Below are positions 27,416 through 39,183 of a DNA stretch of 64,000 nucleotides, in pieces. The first letter of the stretch is position 1, and each line of letters begins with the position of its first letter. The DNA is taken from assembly GCF_963921235.1 (NCBI RefSeq), contig NC_086097.1, positions 162,876,001 to 162,940,000 on the forward strand. The letters run 5' to 3'. Under the pieces are notes generated by a model. That model was not told the origin of the DNA and did no database searches. It saw nothing but the letters and a program-made list of their open reading frames with translations. The position numbers were made by a program, and so were the translations under genes. The DNA comes from Mobula hypostoma. Lineage: Eukaryota.

Positions 27416-27536
27416 CTTTAGATCCATTGGCCTTATCTGATACCTGCTGCTTTGCATGCAGCCTTCTGATAATCCACGTGAACAGCATCTATCACATCCC
27501 TTTCAACAATCTTCCCTAACATCTCAACTAAAAAAA

Positions 27537-27740
27537 AACGTAAACACGAGGAATTCTGCAGATAACAGGAATTCTGCAGATGCTGGAAATTCAAGCAACA
27601 CACATCAAAATTGCAGGTGAACACAGCAGGTCAGGCAGCATCTCTAGGAAGAGGTACAGTCGACATTTTGGGCCGAGACCCTTCATCAGGACCCAGATGC
27701 TGCCTGGCCTGCTGTGTTCACCAGCAACTTTAATGTGTGT
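27537..27740 (-). mobile_element. Minimal Penelope-like insertion with inverted arms
   Basis: 46-bp arms at 27598-27643 and 27695-27740 flank a decayed hammerhead motif; TSD AACTAAAAAAA (27526-27536, 27741-27751). Confidence 0.85.
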
Positions 27741-28168
27741 AACTAAAAAAATCACTTTGTCAAACACAATTAGCACCGTTAACACATCCATATTCTCTTA
27801 ATCACTTCAACCAGTTCCAATTGCCCATAAATATTAGATTCTATAACATAATCCTGTATACAATGGAATTGATTATTTACCTGGGGGCCTTTCAACCCTT
27901 CTTACAGTTACTATCAGGGATCTTAAATCTGAGTAATTAATGAAATCCAGAATAAAAAGTTTCCCTTAATAGTGGCAACTGCAAAAACACTATATTGTTG
28001 TTTAAAAAACCTCGCTATTTTCTACAAGGGAATAAAGTCTGTCTTCTGGAGAAAGCCCTGCCTTTATCTAATTGTTAGCCACTGACGAATAGTTGATTGA
28101 AATAGCCTCAGTTCAGGGACTTTGCCAATGAGATCCTTGACCTACAAATGAATTTAAAAATAACTCAC

Positions 28169-28331
28169 TTTAGTTTGGTTACTGCGGTATCTTTTGATTG
28201 ATTGAACCCTCTTTTCCTCATGGATTCCAGCATGGCCAATATCTCATGCTGAAGGTGGTGCAGACTGGTATTGTAAAAGGTCAGGTCAGTGCCCAGAGTC
28301 CCATTCAGGTGATTCGCTATGACAGCAACAG
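28169..28331 (-). CDS. LAMA1: LAMA1 exon, 163 nt: (A)VAVIANHLNGTLGTDLTFYNTSLHHLQHEILAMLESMRKRGFNQSKDTAVTKL(K)
   Basis: Acceptor tgttcttag, donor gtgagt; phase 1 to 2. Confidence 0.9.
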
Positions 28332-29319
28332 CTAAGAACAAACAACGGGAACATTAGTTCAGTCAACCTGAAGAAGAATATTGAATATTGTAACAGTTCG
28401 AGGAAGTTCAACAACAACCCAGCTACTGAACATGTTCATACTGGCAGGCAGGATGAGAATAGAACTGGTGTGACAAAAAGATGTTGGTACCCTGTCAACT
28501 TATATCCCAGCCTTGTTACTGATCTTGCAGTTCAATACAATATTAAGCAGAATCTAATTCTCATTTGGTCAGGGAGTTCAGAAACTTATAAACACATTTC
28601 CAGTTTCTCATAATCAACCACATCAAAAAGTAAGCCTTTTTCCATGAATTTAAAATAATTTCTGAAAATTTTGTAACTTAAGAGCATAAAATCTACTTAA
28701 AATTGTAATGGTATGTTGTTAATCACTGGATTTCCCATGGCAACATTCATGTGGTACTAACTGAATATTGTTTTTATCAAGTATTATGGTTTGTAACCTA
28801 GAACACTGAGTTTTCCTCCTTAGCTTCATCTACAGTTAACGGACTATGTCTAATTAGAACTATGAAACCATAAAAAAAAGGAAAAGCTCCTTTAGTTTGC
28901 TCTGTTCTGCAGAATTTTACAGATTAGAATATGCTGGTCAGTGAACATGCAGCTCATAAGTAACCATTAGACTATAAAATTTGTGCCGAAAGTCTAAAGG
29001 TGATGATTCTCATTTATGGAAAATTTCCCGGTGATGCCAAATGCACAGTTAGCAGAAGTCCAGAGTTAATTGCAGAAATCCAAAATCAACAACTTGACTG
29101 TCACCTTGTTGTCTGGCTGCCCCAGCACATGATGTGAAGCCCGATATGAATGGAACTCATCAGTGAGAGTTAAATATCCTTCACATTGGAGACTGGATAC
29201 CAATTAATTATTAATTATTGCCATCATTAACAGCACAGAGTTACATTAGATTGTAGATTTTAAGAACGTAAACTTCCGATATTAGTTTTTCTGCTTCTTT
29301 AGTTTCTCATCTACTTGTT

Positions 29320-29710
29320 GTTTTTTCTGGAGTGGTAGAGGCTGAGGGGTAACCTGACAGAAGTCTGTAAAATTATGACTGGCAGCCAATAGCTTTTTAT
29401 CAGGGTCAAAATGGCTAATACTAGAGGGCATGCATTTAAGGTGAGAGGGGCTAAGTCCCAACAGATGTGCAGGGCAGGCATTTTACGAGAGCAGTGGGTG
29501 ACCAGAAAATGCTGCTGATGTGGCAGTGTGACAAATACAACAGAGGCGTTTAAAAGTCCATTAAGTAAGCACTCAAATGTGCAGAGAAAGGAGGGATATG
29601 GACAGCGTCAGCAAAAGGGATCAGTTTAAATATTTATTTAATTACTAGTTTAATTAGTTTGACACAATGTCATGGGCCAAATTGCCTGTTCCTATTCTAT
29701 GTGCTTGTTC
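29320..29710 (+). mobile_element. CR1 3'-end fragment
   Basis: RRLRGNLTEVCKIM...NTRGHAFKVRG remnant and a tgggccaaattgcctgttcctattctat tail. Confidence 0.75.
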
Positions 29711-29949
29711 TTTCATTCTTTTATTTCCCTTCCATTACATGATATGATAATGAATCTATTCGCATTAATTTATCCTCCTTCATGGACCATACATCATGAA
29801 ATTCATTCATAATGAATTGAGAAAAACATGTTTAGCTCAAATGTTCTCTCAAGCAACACACACAAAATGCTGGAGGAACTCGGCAGGTGCGGCAGCATCT
29901 ATGGAAATAAATAAACAATCGATGTTTCGAGCTGACGGATCTCACGGTG

Positions 29950-30226
29950 ATCTCATCCATCCATTCCAGTGGAACTGACCTCGCATGCTAAGACAGGCAT
30001 GTCCCTGTCTCACTGGGGCACAAGCTCTGCTGGCTACCATCACCTGCTCTAGCCAACCTGTCGATGCCCACCTGTACTAGGATGTGATCACTGTTTCATG
30101 CAAAATGCTACTTGGAGCCACAGGTGAGAACAGAGTGTCCAGTTGGGACTAAAAGTGAGGAAGCTGCCCCAGAATGTACATGACAAGCCCCTTCACCAGA
30201 GGAGCTACTCCTCCCCAGACACCCCA
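29950..30226 (-). repeat. Possible RTE-related 5' UTR or SINE-like repeat
   Basis: Minus strand begins tggggtgtctggggaggagtagctcctctggtgaaggggcttgtc, reminiscent of RTE 5' ends. Recalled from memory only. Confidence 0.35.
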
Positions 30227-32019
30227 TATATTATTGCTACTGAACTAATAATTCAGAAGTCTAGACCAATGATGCTGGAGCAAGAGATTAAAAACATAAA
30301 TTTAATTAATGAAATAATCTGGAAATGAACAAAAGATCCAGTATTGGTAGCAGTGGGCATGAAACTACCAGAGAGCCTTAAAAACCCAGCTGTTTCAGTA
30401 GTGATCTTTAGGATGAAGCCTGGTATCGTGCTCCGGTCTGGCCCACACTTATCTCCTGACCTAAGGCATACAGTTGATTCAGAAATATATTGAAAACGGC
30501 TTAGCACAATAATCAGATTAGAGACAATCAGGTTCGGAAAGCAACACTAACCTTACCAACAATGCCCAAATCCTATAAACAAATATATATAAACAACTGG
30601 ATAGATAAGAAAGTAATCCAAGGTTCATTTGTTACTTCTTAAATGTGGCTGTAAATATTGGGGAAAAATAGGTACCTTCTTGAAAGAAAGGGGAATGATT
30701 GGAGGAGAGATAATTTAAAGTCATTTGAAAAATTTTTAATAATGATATTTAGCAGATATTCTTAAGTATATTTTTGAATCACATTTGAATCACTTTATAA
30801 ATCTGAATTTTAGCTTCCAGTGTTTCAAATACTATTCTTACACAAACGGGTCCTATATTGACATTGAGCTAAGGCAGTCGTGAATACTCCTATAATATCA
30901 CACTCAGTCTAGAATCTTCCATCAGGGAGAGATACAGAGCAATGGTAAGAGGCCCTCCAGAGAATTACAGGGAAAAAGATGGAAATTGCCTATGAAAACT
31001 GCCAGTCTCACACATCTTGGTCGCAGTAGCATGTGGTATAGGTGACTGACTTATCATCTCTCCTGACAGTTGGCCCATAGCCTGGAGCAAAATTAAAAAG
31101 GAAATCACTTTGACCAGAATTCAAGGGCATTTTCCTGCAATGTTAATGGAAAATTTTAACTGGCTTGAATACTCCCAGGCCACTTCAACCTGAGTGCTCA
31201 TTCAAGTCGGCCGTTATAACTAGAGATTAGATTTGAAAATCCTTGTGCATCATAATTACATCTGCATTCATTGGACACATTCTCTTGCAAGGATTCAATT
31301 TAAACTGTGCCTTATATCCACATAGAATCCCAAGGATTGCATTGATTATTGGGACCTAAAGTAAATATCCACATCTGTATGGATTATCAACAATTCAATC
31401 TCCAAAGCTCTAAACGCAGCATTGATTTTAAAGGCAGTCATTTGGAGTGAATGACATCGTAAATGAGAAATCTACCTTTGAAAGCTAGTTTGCAAGATTA
31501 TTACCTCCCAATTCTCCTCCCATAAACTGAACTCAATAGAACCGAATATCGGAAAGTACGAGCAGTGACTGACATGCTTTATAGATTTAGCACTTGAAGT
31601 GAAAAACAAATCTGTCTCTGTTTCCATGTCTCCTTTGAAGGAGACATCCCATTGATTTACATGCTCATATTAATGCTTTTTGCACTTCAATTCATTGTAT
31701 TGAAGACTAAATGAGATTAAGGTTGGCATTCTAAAAGTTGTAAATTTAAGACTTTTGGGTTGAAATGCTGATTATTTATCCAGATATTGATATTCACTTT
31801 ATCTGATTGATGTAACCTTTCAGATTCAATGTAATGTAAAGCAAGAGGGTACTTCAACCCCGCTATGCTGTGGAACACACAGCAGATGGCACTTTCTACC
31901 TTGTACATCTGCATAGATTTGGCAGAACCTGACATTATTTTAAGCAAACAAAAACTCTGAAACTGGTTTGAGTTTTCATTAAATCCCCAAACTATCAATG
32001 AATGATGTACAGTGCATAC

Positions 32020-32131
32020 CTTTTATAGATTTTGAAGTTTCATTTACATATGCTTCAAGCTCCAGAGTCCTGGTTAATGTTCTCCCCACAGCCTTATTCA
32101 AGGTCTGCCCATATCCAAGGTACTGAGTGAC
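32020..32131 (-). CDS. LAMA1: LAMA1 exon, 112 nt: VTQYLGYGQTLNKAVGRTLTRTLELEAYVNETSKSIK
   Basis: Acceptor ttctatgccag, donor gtatgc; phase 0 to 1 fits both neighbours. Confidence 0.85.
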
Positions 32132-32239
32132 CTGGCATAGAAAATGTGTCACATTTTACATTTCTGCTAATGCTTGTCCCATGGAGTCAAAAACAGGAGA
32201 GAACACACTTGCACGGATGTAGCAACAAAAGTAAAGACA

Positions 32240-32530
32240 TAGACTCATATGCCCTTGGAAATAAGCCCCTTGGTTCACCACGTCTGTGTGACCATCTGCC
32301 CATTTTTAAAAATCATCCCCGTACTCCTATCAACTCCTCCCAGATTCTAACCCTCACCTTGGCTTGTTTTATAGTGGCAAATTAACCCACCAATCCATAT
32401 TTCATTGGATGCAGTGCCTGGAGGGCACACGCATGGCCACCGGGTGAATGGGGAAACTCCACATAGACACCACCTAAAATCAGGAATGTCCCTGGTGGCA
32501 GCCCTACCAGCCATGCCACTATGCCATTCC
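32240..32530 (-). mobile_element. Degenerate V-SINE
   Basis: gcaaattaacccacc...gggaaactccacatagacacc matches the other copies. Confidence 0.5.
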
Positions 32531-32794
32531 TGAACGGTCCTGCTACACAAGGAAAATTAATCTGTGCCTTACACTCTGATTCTGATTAAACAAAGTCTCT
32601 TCTGCCTGTACATAACCCATATCCCACCATTCCCTGTCCATTCTTGTGTCTCATTGACACCCAATGACCACCATTGTGTCTGTTTCCATCATGATCCCTG
32701 CCGCCCATTGCAGGTACCCACCGCGCTTGTTTAAAAAATTTAACCCTCACATCTCCGTTAAACTCACTCCTTAAACGCATGTCCTCTAGTATCT

Positions 32795-35700
32795 TAAACA
32801 CGAGGAATTCTGCAGATGCTGGAAATTCAAGCAACACACATCAAAGTTGCTGGTGAACGCAGCAGGCCAGGCAGCATCTCTAGGAAGAGGTACAGTCGAT
32901 GATTCGGGCCGAGACCCTTCGTCAGGACGAACTGAAGGAAGAGCTAATAAGAGATTTGAAAGAGAGAGGGGGAGATACAAAATGATAGGAGAAGACAGGA
33001 GGGGGAGGGATGGAGCCAAGAGCTGGACAGGTGATTGGCAAAAGGGATATGAGAGGATCATGGGACAGGAGGGCCACGGAGAAAGAAAAGGGGGAGGGGG
33101 GAAAAAAACTCAGAGGATGGGCACGGGGTATAGTCAAAGGGACAGAGGGAGAAAAAGGAGAGAGAGAGAGAAAGAATGTGTGTATATAAATAACGGATGG
33201 GGTACGTGGGGGAGGTGGGGCATTAGCAGAAGTTACAGAAGTCAATGTTCATGCCATCAGGTTGGAGGCTACCCAGATGGAATATAAGGTGTTGTTCCTC
33301 CAGCCTGAGTGTGGCTTCATCTTTACAGTAGAGGAGGCCGTGGATAGACATGTCAGAATGGGAATGGGACGTGGAATTAAAATGTGTGGCCACTGGGAGA
33401 TCCTGCTTTCTCTGGCAGACACAGCATAAGTGTTCAGCAAAACGATCTCCCAGTCTGCGTTGGGTCTCGCCAATATATAGAAGGCCACATCAGGAGCACT
33501 GGACTCAGTATATCACCCCAGCCGACTCACAGGTGAAGTGTCGTCTCACCTGGAAGGACTGTCTGGGGCCCTGAATGGTGGTAAGGGAGGGAGTGTAAGG
33601 GCATGTGTAGCCCTTGTTCCACTTACAAGGATAAGTGCCAGGAGGGAGATCAGTGGGGAGGGATGGGCGCGACGAATGGACAAGGGAGTCGCGTAGGGAG
33701 CTATCCCTGCGGAAGGCAGAGAGAGGGGGGGAGGGAAAGATGTGCTTCGTGGTGGGATCCCTTTGGAGGTGGCAGAAGTTACGGAGAATAATATATTGGA
33801 CCCGGAGGCTGGTGGGGTGGTAGTTGAGAACCAGGGGAACCCTATTCCTAGTGGGGTGGCGGGAGGATGGAGTGAGAGCAGAAGTGCGTGAAATGGGGTA
33901 GATGCGTTTGAGAGCAGAGTTGATGGTGGGGGAAGGGAAGCCCCTTTCTTTAAAAAAGGACATCTCCCTCATCCTGGAATGAAAAGCCTCATCCTGAGAG
34001 CAGATGCGGCGGAGACGGAGGAATTGCGAGAAGGGGATGGCATTTTTGCAAGAGACAGGGTGAGAAGAGGAATAGTCCAGATAGCTGTGAGAGTCAGTAG
34101 GTTTATAGTAGACATCAGTGGATAAGCTGTCTCCAGAGACAGAGACAGAAAGATCTAGAAAGGGGAGGGTGGTATCGGAAATGGACCAGGTAAACTTGAG
34201 GGCAGGGTGAAAGTTGGAGGCAAAGTTAATGAAGTCAATGAGCTCAGCATGCGTGCAGGAAGCAGCGCCAATGCAGTCATCAATGTAGCGAAGGAAAAGT
34301 GGGGGACAGATACCAGAATAGGTTTGGAACATAGATTGTTCCACAAAGCTAACAAAAAGACAGGCATAGCTAGGACCCATACGGGTGCCCATAGCTACAC
34401 CTTTAGTTTGGAGGAAGTGGGAGGAGCCAAAGGAGAAATTATTAAGAGTAAGGACTAATTCCGCTAGACGGAGCAGAGAGGTGGTAGAGGGGAACTGATT
34501 AGGTCTGGAATCCAAAAAGAAGCGGAGAGCTTTGAGGCCTTCCTGATGGCGGATGGAAGTATTTAGGGATTGGACATCCATGGTGAAAATAAAGCGGTGG
34601 GGGCCAGGGAACTTAAAATCATCGAGTTTAGGAGCGTGAGAAGTGTCACGAACATAGGTAGGAAGGGATTGAACAAGGGGGAATAAAACCGTGTCGAGGT
34701 ATGCAGAAACGAGTTTGGTGGGGCAGGAGCAAGCTGAGACAATAGGTCGGCCAAGACAGGCAGGTTTGTGGATCTTGGGTAGGAGGTAGAAACGGGAAGT
34801 GCGAGGTGTGGGAACTATAAGGTTGGTAACAGTGGATGGGAGATCCCCTGAGCGGATAAAGTCAGTGATGGTTTTGGAGACAATGGCCTGGTGCTCCTTA
34901 GTGGGGTCACGATCAAGGGGTAAATAAGAGGAGGTATCCGCGAGTTGTCGCTGTGCCTTGGCAAGGTAGCGGTCAGTATGCCAGACTACAACAGCCCCCC
35001 GCTTATCGGCCAGTTAATAGTAAGGTTAGGATTAGTGCGGAGAGAGTGGAGAGCAGAGCGTTCGGAAGGAGTAAGGTTGGAATGGGAACAAGGTGCGGTG
35101 AAGTCGAGACGGTTGATGTCCCGTCGGCAGTTAGCAATAAAGAGATCCAGAGCAGGCAGAAGACCAGAGTGGGGTGTCCATGAAGAGGAGGAGGGTTGAA
35201 GATGGGAGAAGTGGTCGTTGGTGGGGGTGGAAGGGACTCGCAATTCCTCCGTCTCTGCCGCATCTGCTCTCAGGATGAGGCTTTTCATTCCAGGACGAGG
35301 GAGAGGTCCTCCTTTTTTAAAGAAAGGGACTTCCCTTCCTCCATCATCAACTCTGCTCTCAAACGCATCTACCCCATTTCACGCACTTCTGCTCTCACTC
35401 CATCCTCCCGTCACCCCACTAGGAATAGGGTTCCCCTGGTTCTCAACTACCACCCCACCAGCCTCCGGGTCCAACATATTATTCACCGTAACTTCCGCCA
35501 CCTCCAATGGGATCCCACCACTAAGCACATCTTTCTCTCCCCCCCCATCTGCTTTCCGCAGGGATCGCTCCCTACGCGACTCCCTTGTCCATTCGTCGCG
35601 CCGATCCCTCCCCACTGATCTCCCTCCTGGCACTTATCCTTGTAAGCGGAACAAGTGCTACACATGCCCTTACACTTCCTCCCTTACCACCATTCAGGGC

Positions 35701-36440
35701 CCCAGACAGTCCTTCCAGGTGAGACAACACTTCACCTGTGAGTCGGCTGGGGTGATATACTGAGTCCGGTGCTCCTGATGTGGCCTTCTATATATTGGCG
35801 AGACTCAACGCAGACTGGGAGATCGTTTTGCTGAACACCTACGCTCTGTCTGCCAGAGAAAGCAGGATCTCCCAGTGGCCACACATTTTAATTCCACATC
35901 CCATTCCCATTCTGATATGTCTATCCACGGCCTCCTCTACTGTAAAGATGAAGCCACACTCAGGTTGGAGGAACAACACCTTATATTCCATCTGGGTAGC
36001 CTCCAACCTGATAGCATGAACATTGACTTCTCTAACTTCCGCTAATGCCCCACCTCCCCCTCGTACCCCATTCGTTATTTATTTATATACACACATTCTT
36101 TCTCTCTCTCCTTTTTCTTCCTCTGTCCCTCTGACTATACCCCTTGCCCATCCTCTGAGTTTCCCCCCCTCCCCCTTTTGCTTCTCCTTGGGCCTCCTGT
36201 CCCATGATCCGCTCATATCCCTTTTGCCAATCACCTGTCCAGCTCTTGGCTCCATCCCTGCCCCTCCTGTCTTCCCCTATCATTTTGGATCCCCCCCTCC
36301 CCCTCCCACTTTCAAATCTCTTACTAGCTCTTCCTTCAGTTAGTCCTGACGAAGGGTCTCGGCCTGAAACGTCGACTGTGTCTCTTCCTAGAGATGCTGC
36401 CTGGCCTGCTGCGTTCACCAGCAACTTTGATGTGTGTTGC
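32795..36440 (-). mobile_element. Penelope-like element: minus-strand RT/GIY-YIG body plus a 1.2-kb inverted copy of its 3' part
   Basis: ORF 33505..34581 has MDVQSL, QTKGVAMGTRMGPSYA and RYIDD; GVIY...LYIGET follows. The inversion junction is at ~35237. TSD TCTAGTATCT (32785-32794, 36441-36450). Confidence 0.93.
36341..36378 (+). ncRNA. Minimal type I hammerhead ribozyme motif, core intact
   Basis: UAGUC-CUGACGA-A-GGGU(CUCG)GCCU-GAAAC-GUC/GACUG. Stem I is UAGUC:GACUG, stem III is the palindrome ACGU. Predicted cut between 36373 and 36374. Confidence 0.8.
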
Positions 36441-36870
36441 TCTAGTATCTGACATTTCTACCTTGCAAAATAGTTTCTAGCTCTCTATTTTAACTATGCC
36501 TCTCATAATTTTCAAAACTTCCATCAGGCCTCCCTTCAGTCTCCGACGCTCCAGAGAAAGCAATCTAAGTTTGTGTAAGTTTTCCTTATAGTTCATACCC
36601 CCTAAAACATGCAGCATCTTGGTAAGCTACTTCTTCACCTATATCCTCCCTGTGAAGGAGCCACCAGAATTGAACGCAAAACTCCAAGTACCACCAAAGT
36701 GAAGTTTTGTATAATTGCAATGTGATTTCCTGACTCTCACACTCAAAGCCCTAACAAATGATGCAAGCATGCCATAGCTCTTCTTTACCAGTCTGTCGAT
36801 GTGTATTTTATCACCCTTTCTGCTGTCAGTAAGCTGCAGAAGCTTGGACCCTAAGATCCCTCTGTACATC
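36441..36870 (-). mobile_element. Old CR1 3' fragment, continued at ~32590-32794; host of the Penelope insertion
   Basis: IDRLVKKSYGMLASF remnant in 36639..36995. The two halves join through the TSD. Confidence 0.72.
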
Positions 36871-37148
36871 AAATAGAGGCTGTTATTCTCATGGGATGCC
36901 CAAGTAGGAAATAAGCAGTCTAATAAATATAGACAGATTAAATTGCTTAGAAATACATCCTCATTCATCAGTATGTAGATAACTGGATCCACCAAAGTTC
37001 ACTGGATTCCGGAAACAAAACAAAACACCCAACTGCCACTATACAAAATGACAAGTTCAACTAACCAAAGGTGAATTTCTAGATGAATATCCCTTGTTCA
37101 GTGAAATTTTGCAACTTTAACTGAGAAGGAGACAAGGATTTGGCTTAC

Positions 37149-37247
37149 CTTCTGCTGTAAATGATGGATGTCCGAAGCTAATGTAGACACCTGTCCCTCT
37201 GCCTGCATGATTGCGGCACTGGTCTTTCTTTCCGGTGCCAAGGTAAT
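37149..37247 (-). CDS. LAMA1: LAMA1 exon, 99 nt: ITLAPERKTSAAIMQAEGQVSTLASDIHHLQQK
   Basis: Acceptor ttttcttgtag, donor gtaagc; open frame, phase 0 to 0, heptad character. Sequence similarity to human is weak. Confidence 0.82.
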
Positions 37248-37714
37248 CTACAAGAAAACCAGAAAACTCAATCATCTTTGGAGCTGTTTAACCCATTAAG
37301 CTATATTAATTAACTATTTAAGGTTTTGACAAATTATTCATGCTAATGAATATAATGTAAGTCCAACATTCCGCGTTCTCCACTGATGAAAGAAAATCTG
37401 TCAGGATAAACGCAACTCAAGCCTATTTTGCCTGCTAATACGATCGTGGCCAAATATAAGATTTAACTCCATATACTTAACTTTCCTTCATGCTCCTGAA
37501 TCCTTTTGTTAACAAAATGTATCAAATTAATCATTGATCCAATATCAACTGACTTCTGCGCAAAAGGACTGTAATTTTCTGCCACCTTTCACATGTTGAA
37601 ATCATTCCAATTTAATTACTAAGATGACGGGCTCAAAATTGACTCACTAATCTATGATCCAGAACTTGAGAGCCAGCAGAAATAGTTTCTTTCTACTAAT
37701 CCTAGCAGTTCACA

Positions 37715-38220
37715 ATAGCAAAGGCATGGACATTGACTTCTCTAACCTGGTAATCACTCTCCTTTGTTGCCCCCCCCCCATTTTTTTCCCTTATCCTACC
37801 CTTCTTTTTCTCCTCCCCCACCATCTCGATCTGCATATCACCCACACATTCCATGGTGCATTGTCCTCTCCTATTCCATCTTCTTCAGCCCTTTCTCACT
37901 GCTGTCTATCACCTCCAAATGTATAGACCACTTCTACTCTCCCCCTTCCTTAAAAGTCATTCCTTTTCCATCACTCCTACTTTCCTCCTTCCTCAGCTGA
38001 CTCTCGCCCCCTCCCCTCACCTGCATCTGTCACCTGCCAGCTCTTCCTCCACCCCGCCCCCCACCCCGTTATGCAGGCTATCTCTCCCCTTTCTTTCCAA
38101 TGCCGATGAAGAGTCTCATCTTGAAATGTCGACTATTTCCCTCCACAGATGCTGCCTGACCTGCTGAATTCATCCAGCATTTTGTGTGTTGCTCCAGGTT
38201 TCCAGCATTTCCAGTCTCTA
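37715..38220 (+). mobile_element. Older Penelope-like 3' fragment
   Basis: ggcatggacattgacttctctaac (ORF end), a CT-rich tract, a decayed hammerhead at ~38100-38135 and the terminal repeat. Confidence 0.75.
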
Positions 38221-39032
38221 CTATTTTAAAAATCTACATATTCTGGAAATTTGAAGCACAGAACAGTAAATATTCAACATTTCGGACAGCAACTGTAGGA
38301 CAAAAATCAATATTAGCATTCCAACTTGTCATTGCATAATTGCTATTCTAGCTGAATGTGATTTTTCTTTTACATTTATTATGGTTCTGGTTTAATATTA
38401 CTGTTATATGTAGTGAGGTACAGTGAAAAACTTTGTTTTGCATGCCATCCATATAGATCACGAGGTAGAATGTGAGATCAAGAGTGCATCTTCTGGTTCT
38501 GGGGACCATTTAATAACCTAACAGTGGTTGACAAGCTGTCCTTGAGCCTGCTGATACACAAGTTCAGTTCCACATGATTTCACTTTGCACCTTCAAGTTG
38601 CTAAGAAAAGGAAGCAGCAATCAGAGGTCTCCTTCTGCATTGCCTCACTATGAACAATGACCTGACCTCTCCCCTCCCATCCTGCAGCTAAATTTTCATA
38701 ATATCACTGAAGGGGCGGGTACTATAGTTGAATAGGTCACTACCGTTCACTGAAGATGCTGACACAAGAAGGCTAGGCACTTGATAATCGTCATGTTGAC
38801 AAATATATTCCAGCTGCCAGGAAAGCGTGGCAATATATAAAGAAGATGGAAAAGGGAAAAATACTGTTCTGTTTCAAAGGCTAAACATTAGTAGCACCAT
38901 TGTGATTTAAAACGATTTATCGAAAATGCAACATTTACCATCACATTTTCACCTAGTTACATCAGAATTCAAATCAAGAACTGGTGAGTGGGTCCTATTA
39001 TCTAAACACTAAGCTATGAGGTACATAATTAT

Positions 39033-39183
39033 AAACGCAAACAACAGGAATTCTGCAGATGCTGGAAATTCAAGCAACATACATCAAAGTTGCTGGTGAA
39101 CGCAGCAGGCCAAGCAGCATCTATAGGAAGAGGCGCAGTCGACGTTTCAGGCCGAGACCCTTCGTCAGGACTAACTGAAGGAA
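39033..39183 (-). mobile_element. Short young Penelope-like terminal-repeat insertion
   Basis: Near-identical to 32800-32940. Flanks aggtacataattat and aggtacaatattat look like a diverged TSD. Confidence 0.85.
39136..39173 (-). ncRNA. Minimal hammerhead ribozyme motif, core intact, sense to the LAMA1 pre-mRNA
   Basis: Minus strand reads tagtcctgacgaagggtctcggcctgaaacgtcgactg, identical to 36341-36378. Confidence 0.8.

Noticed and set aside
32786..33287. Short ORFs in the track (here, 36083-36452, 41619-41918 and antisense to LINE ORFs) as real genes
   Set aside because: They are shadow frames of repeats or low-complexity tracts with no splice or domain support.
33505..34581. Telomerase, retron or host RT gene
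   Set aside because: The adjacent GIY-YIG motif, terminal repeats, TSD and stop codons identify a defective Penelope-like element.
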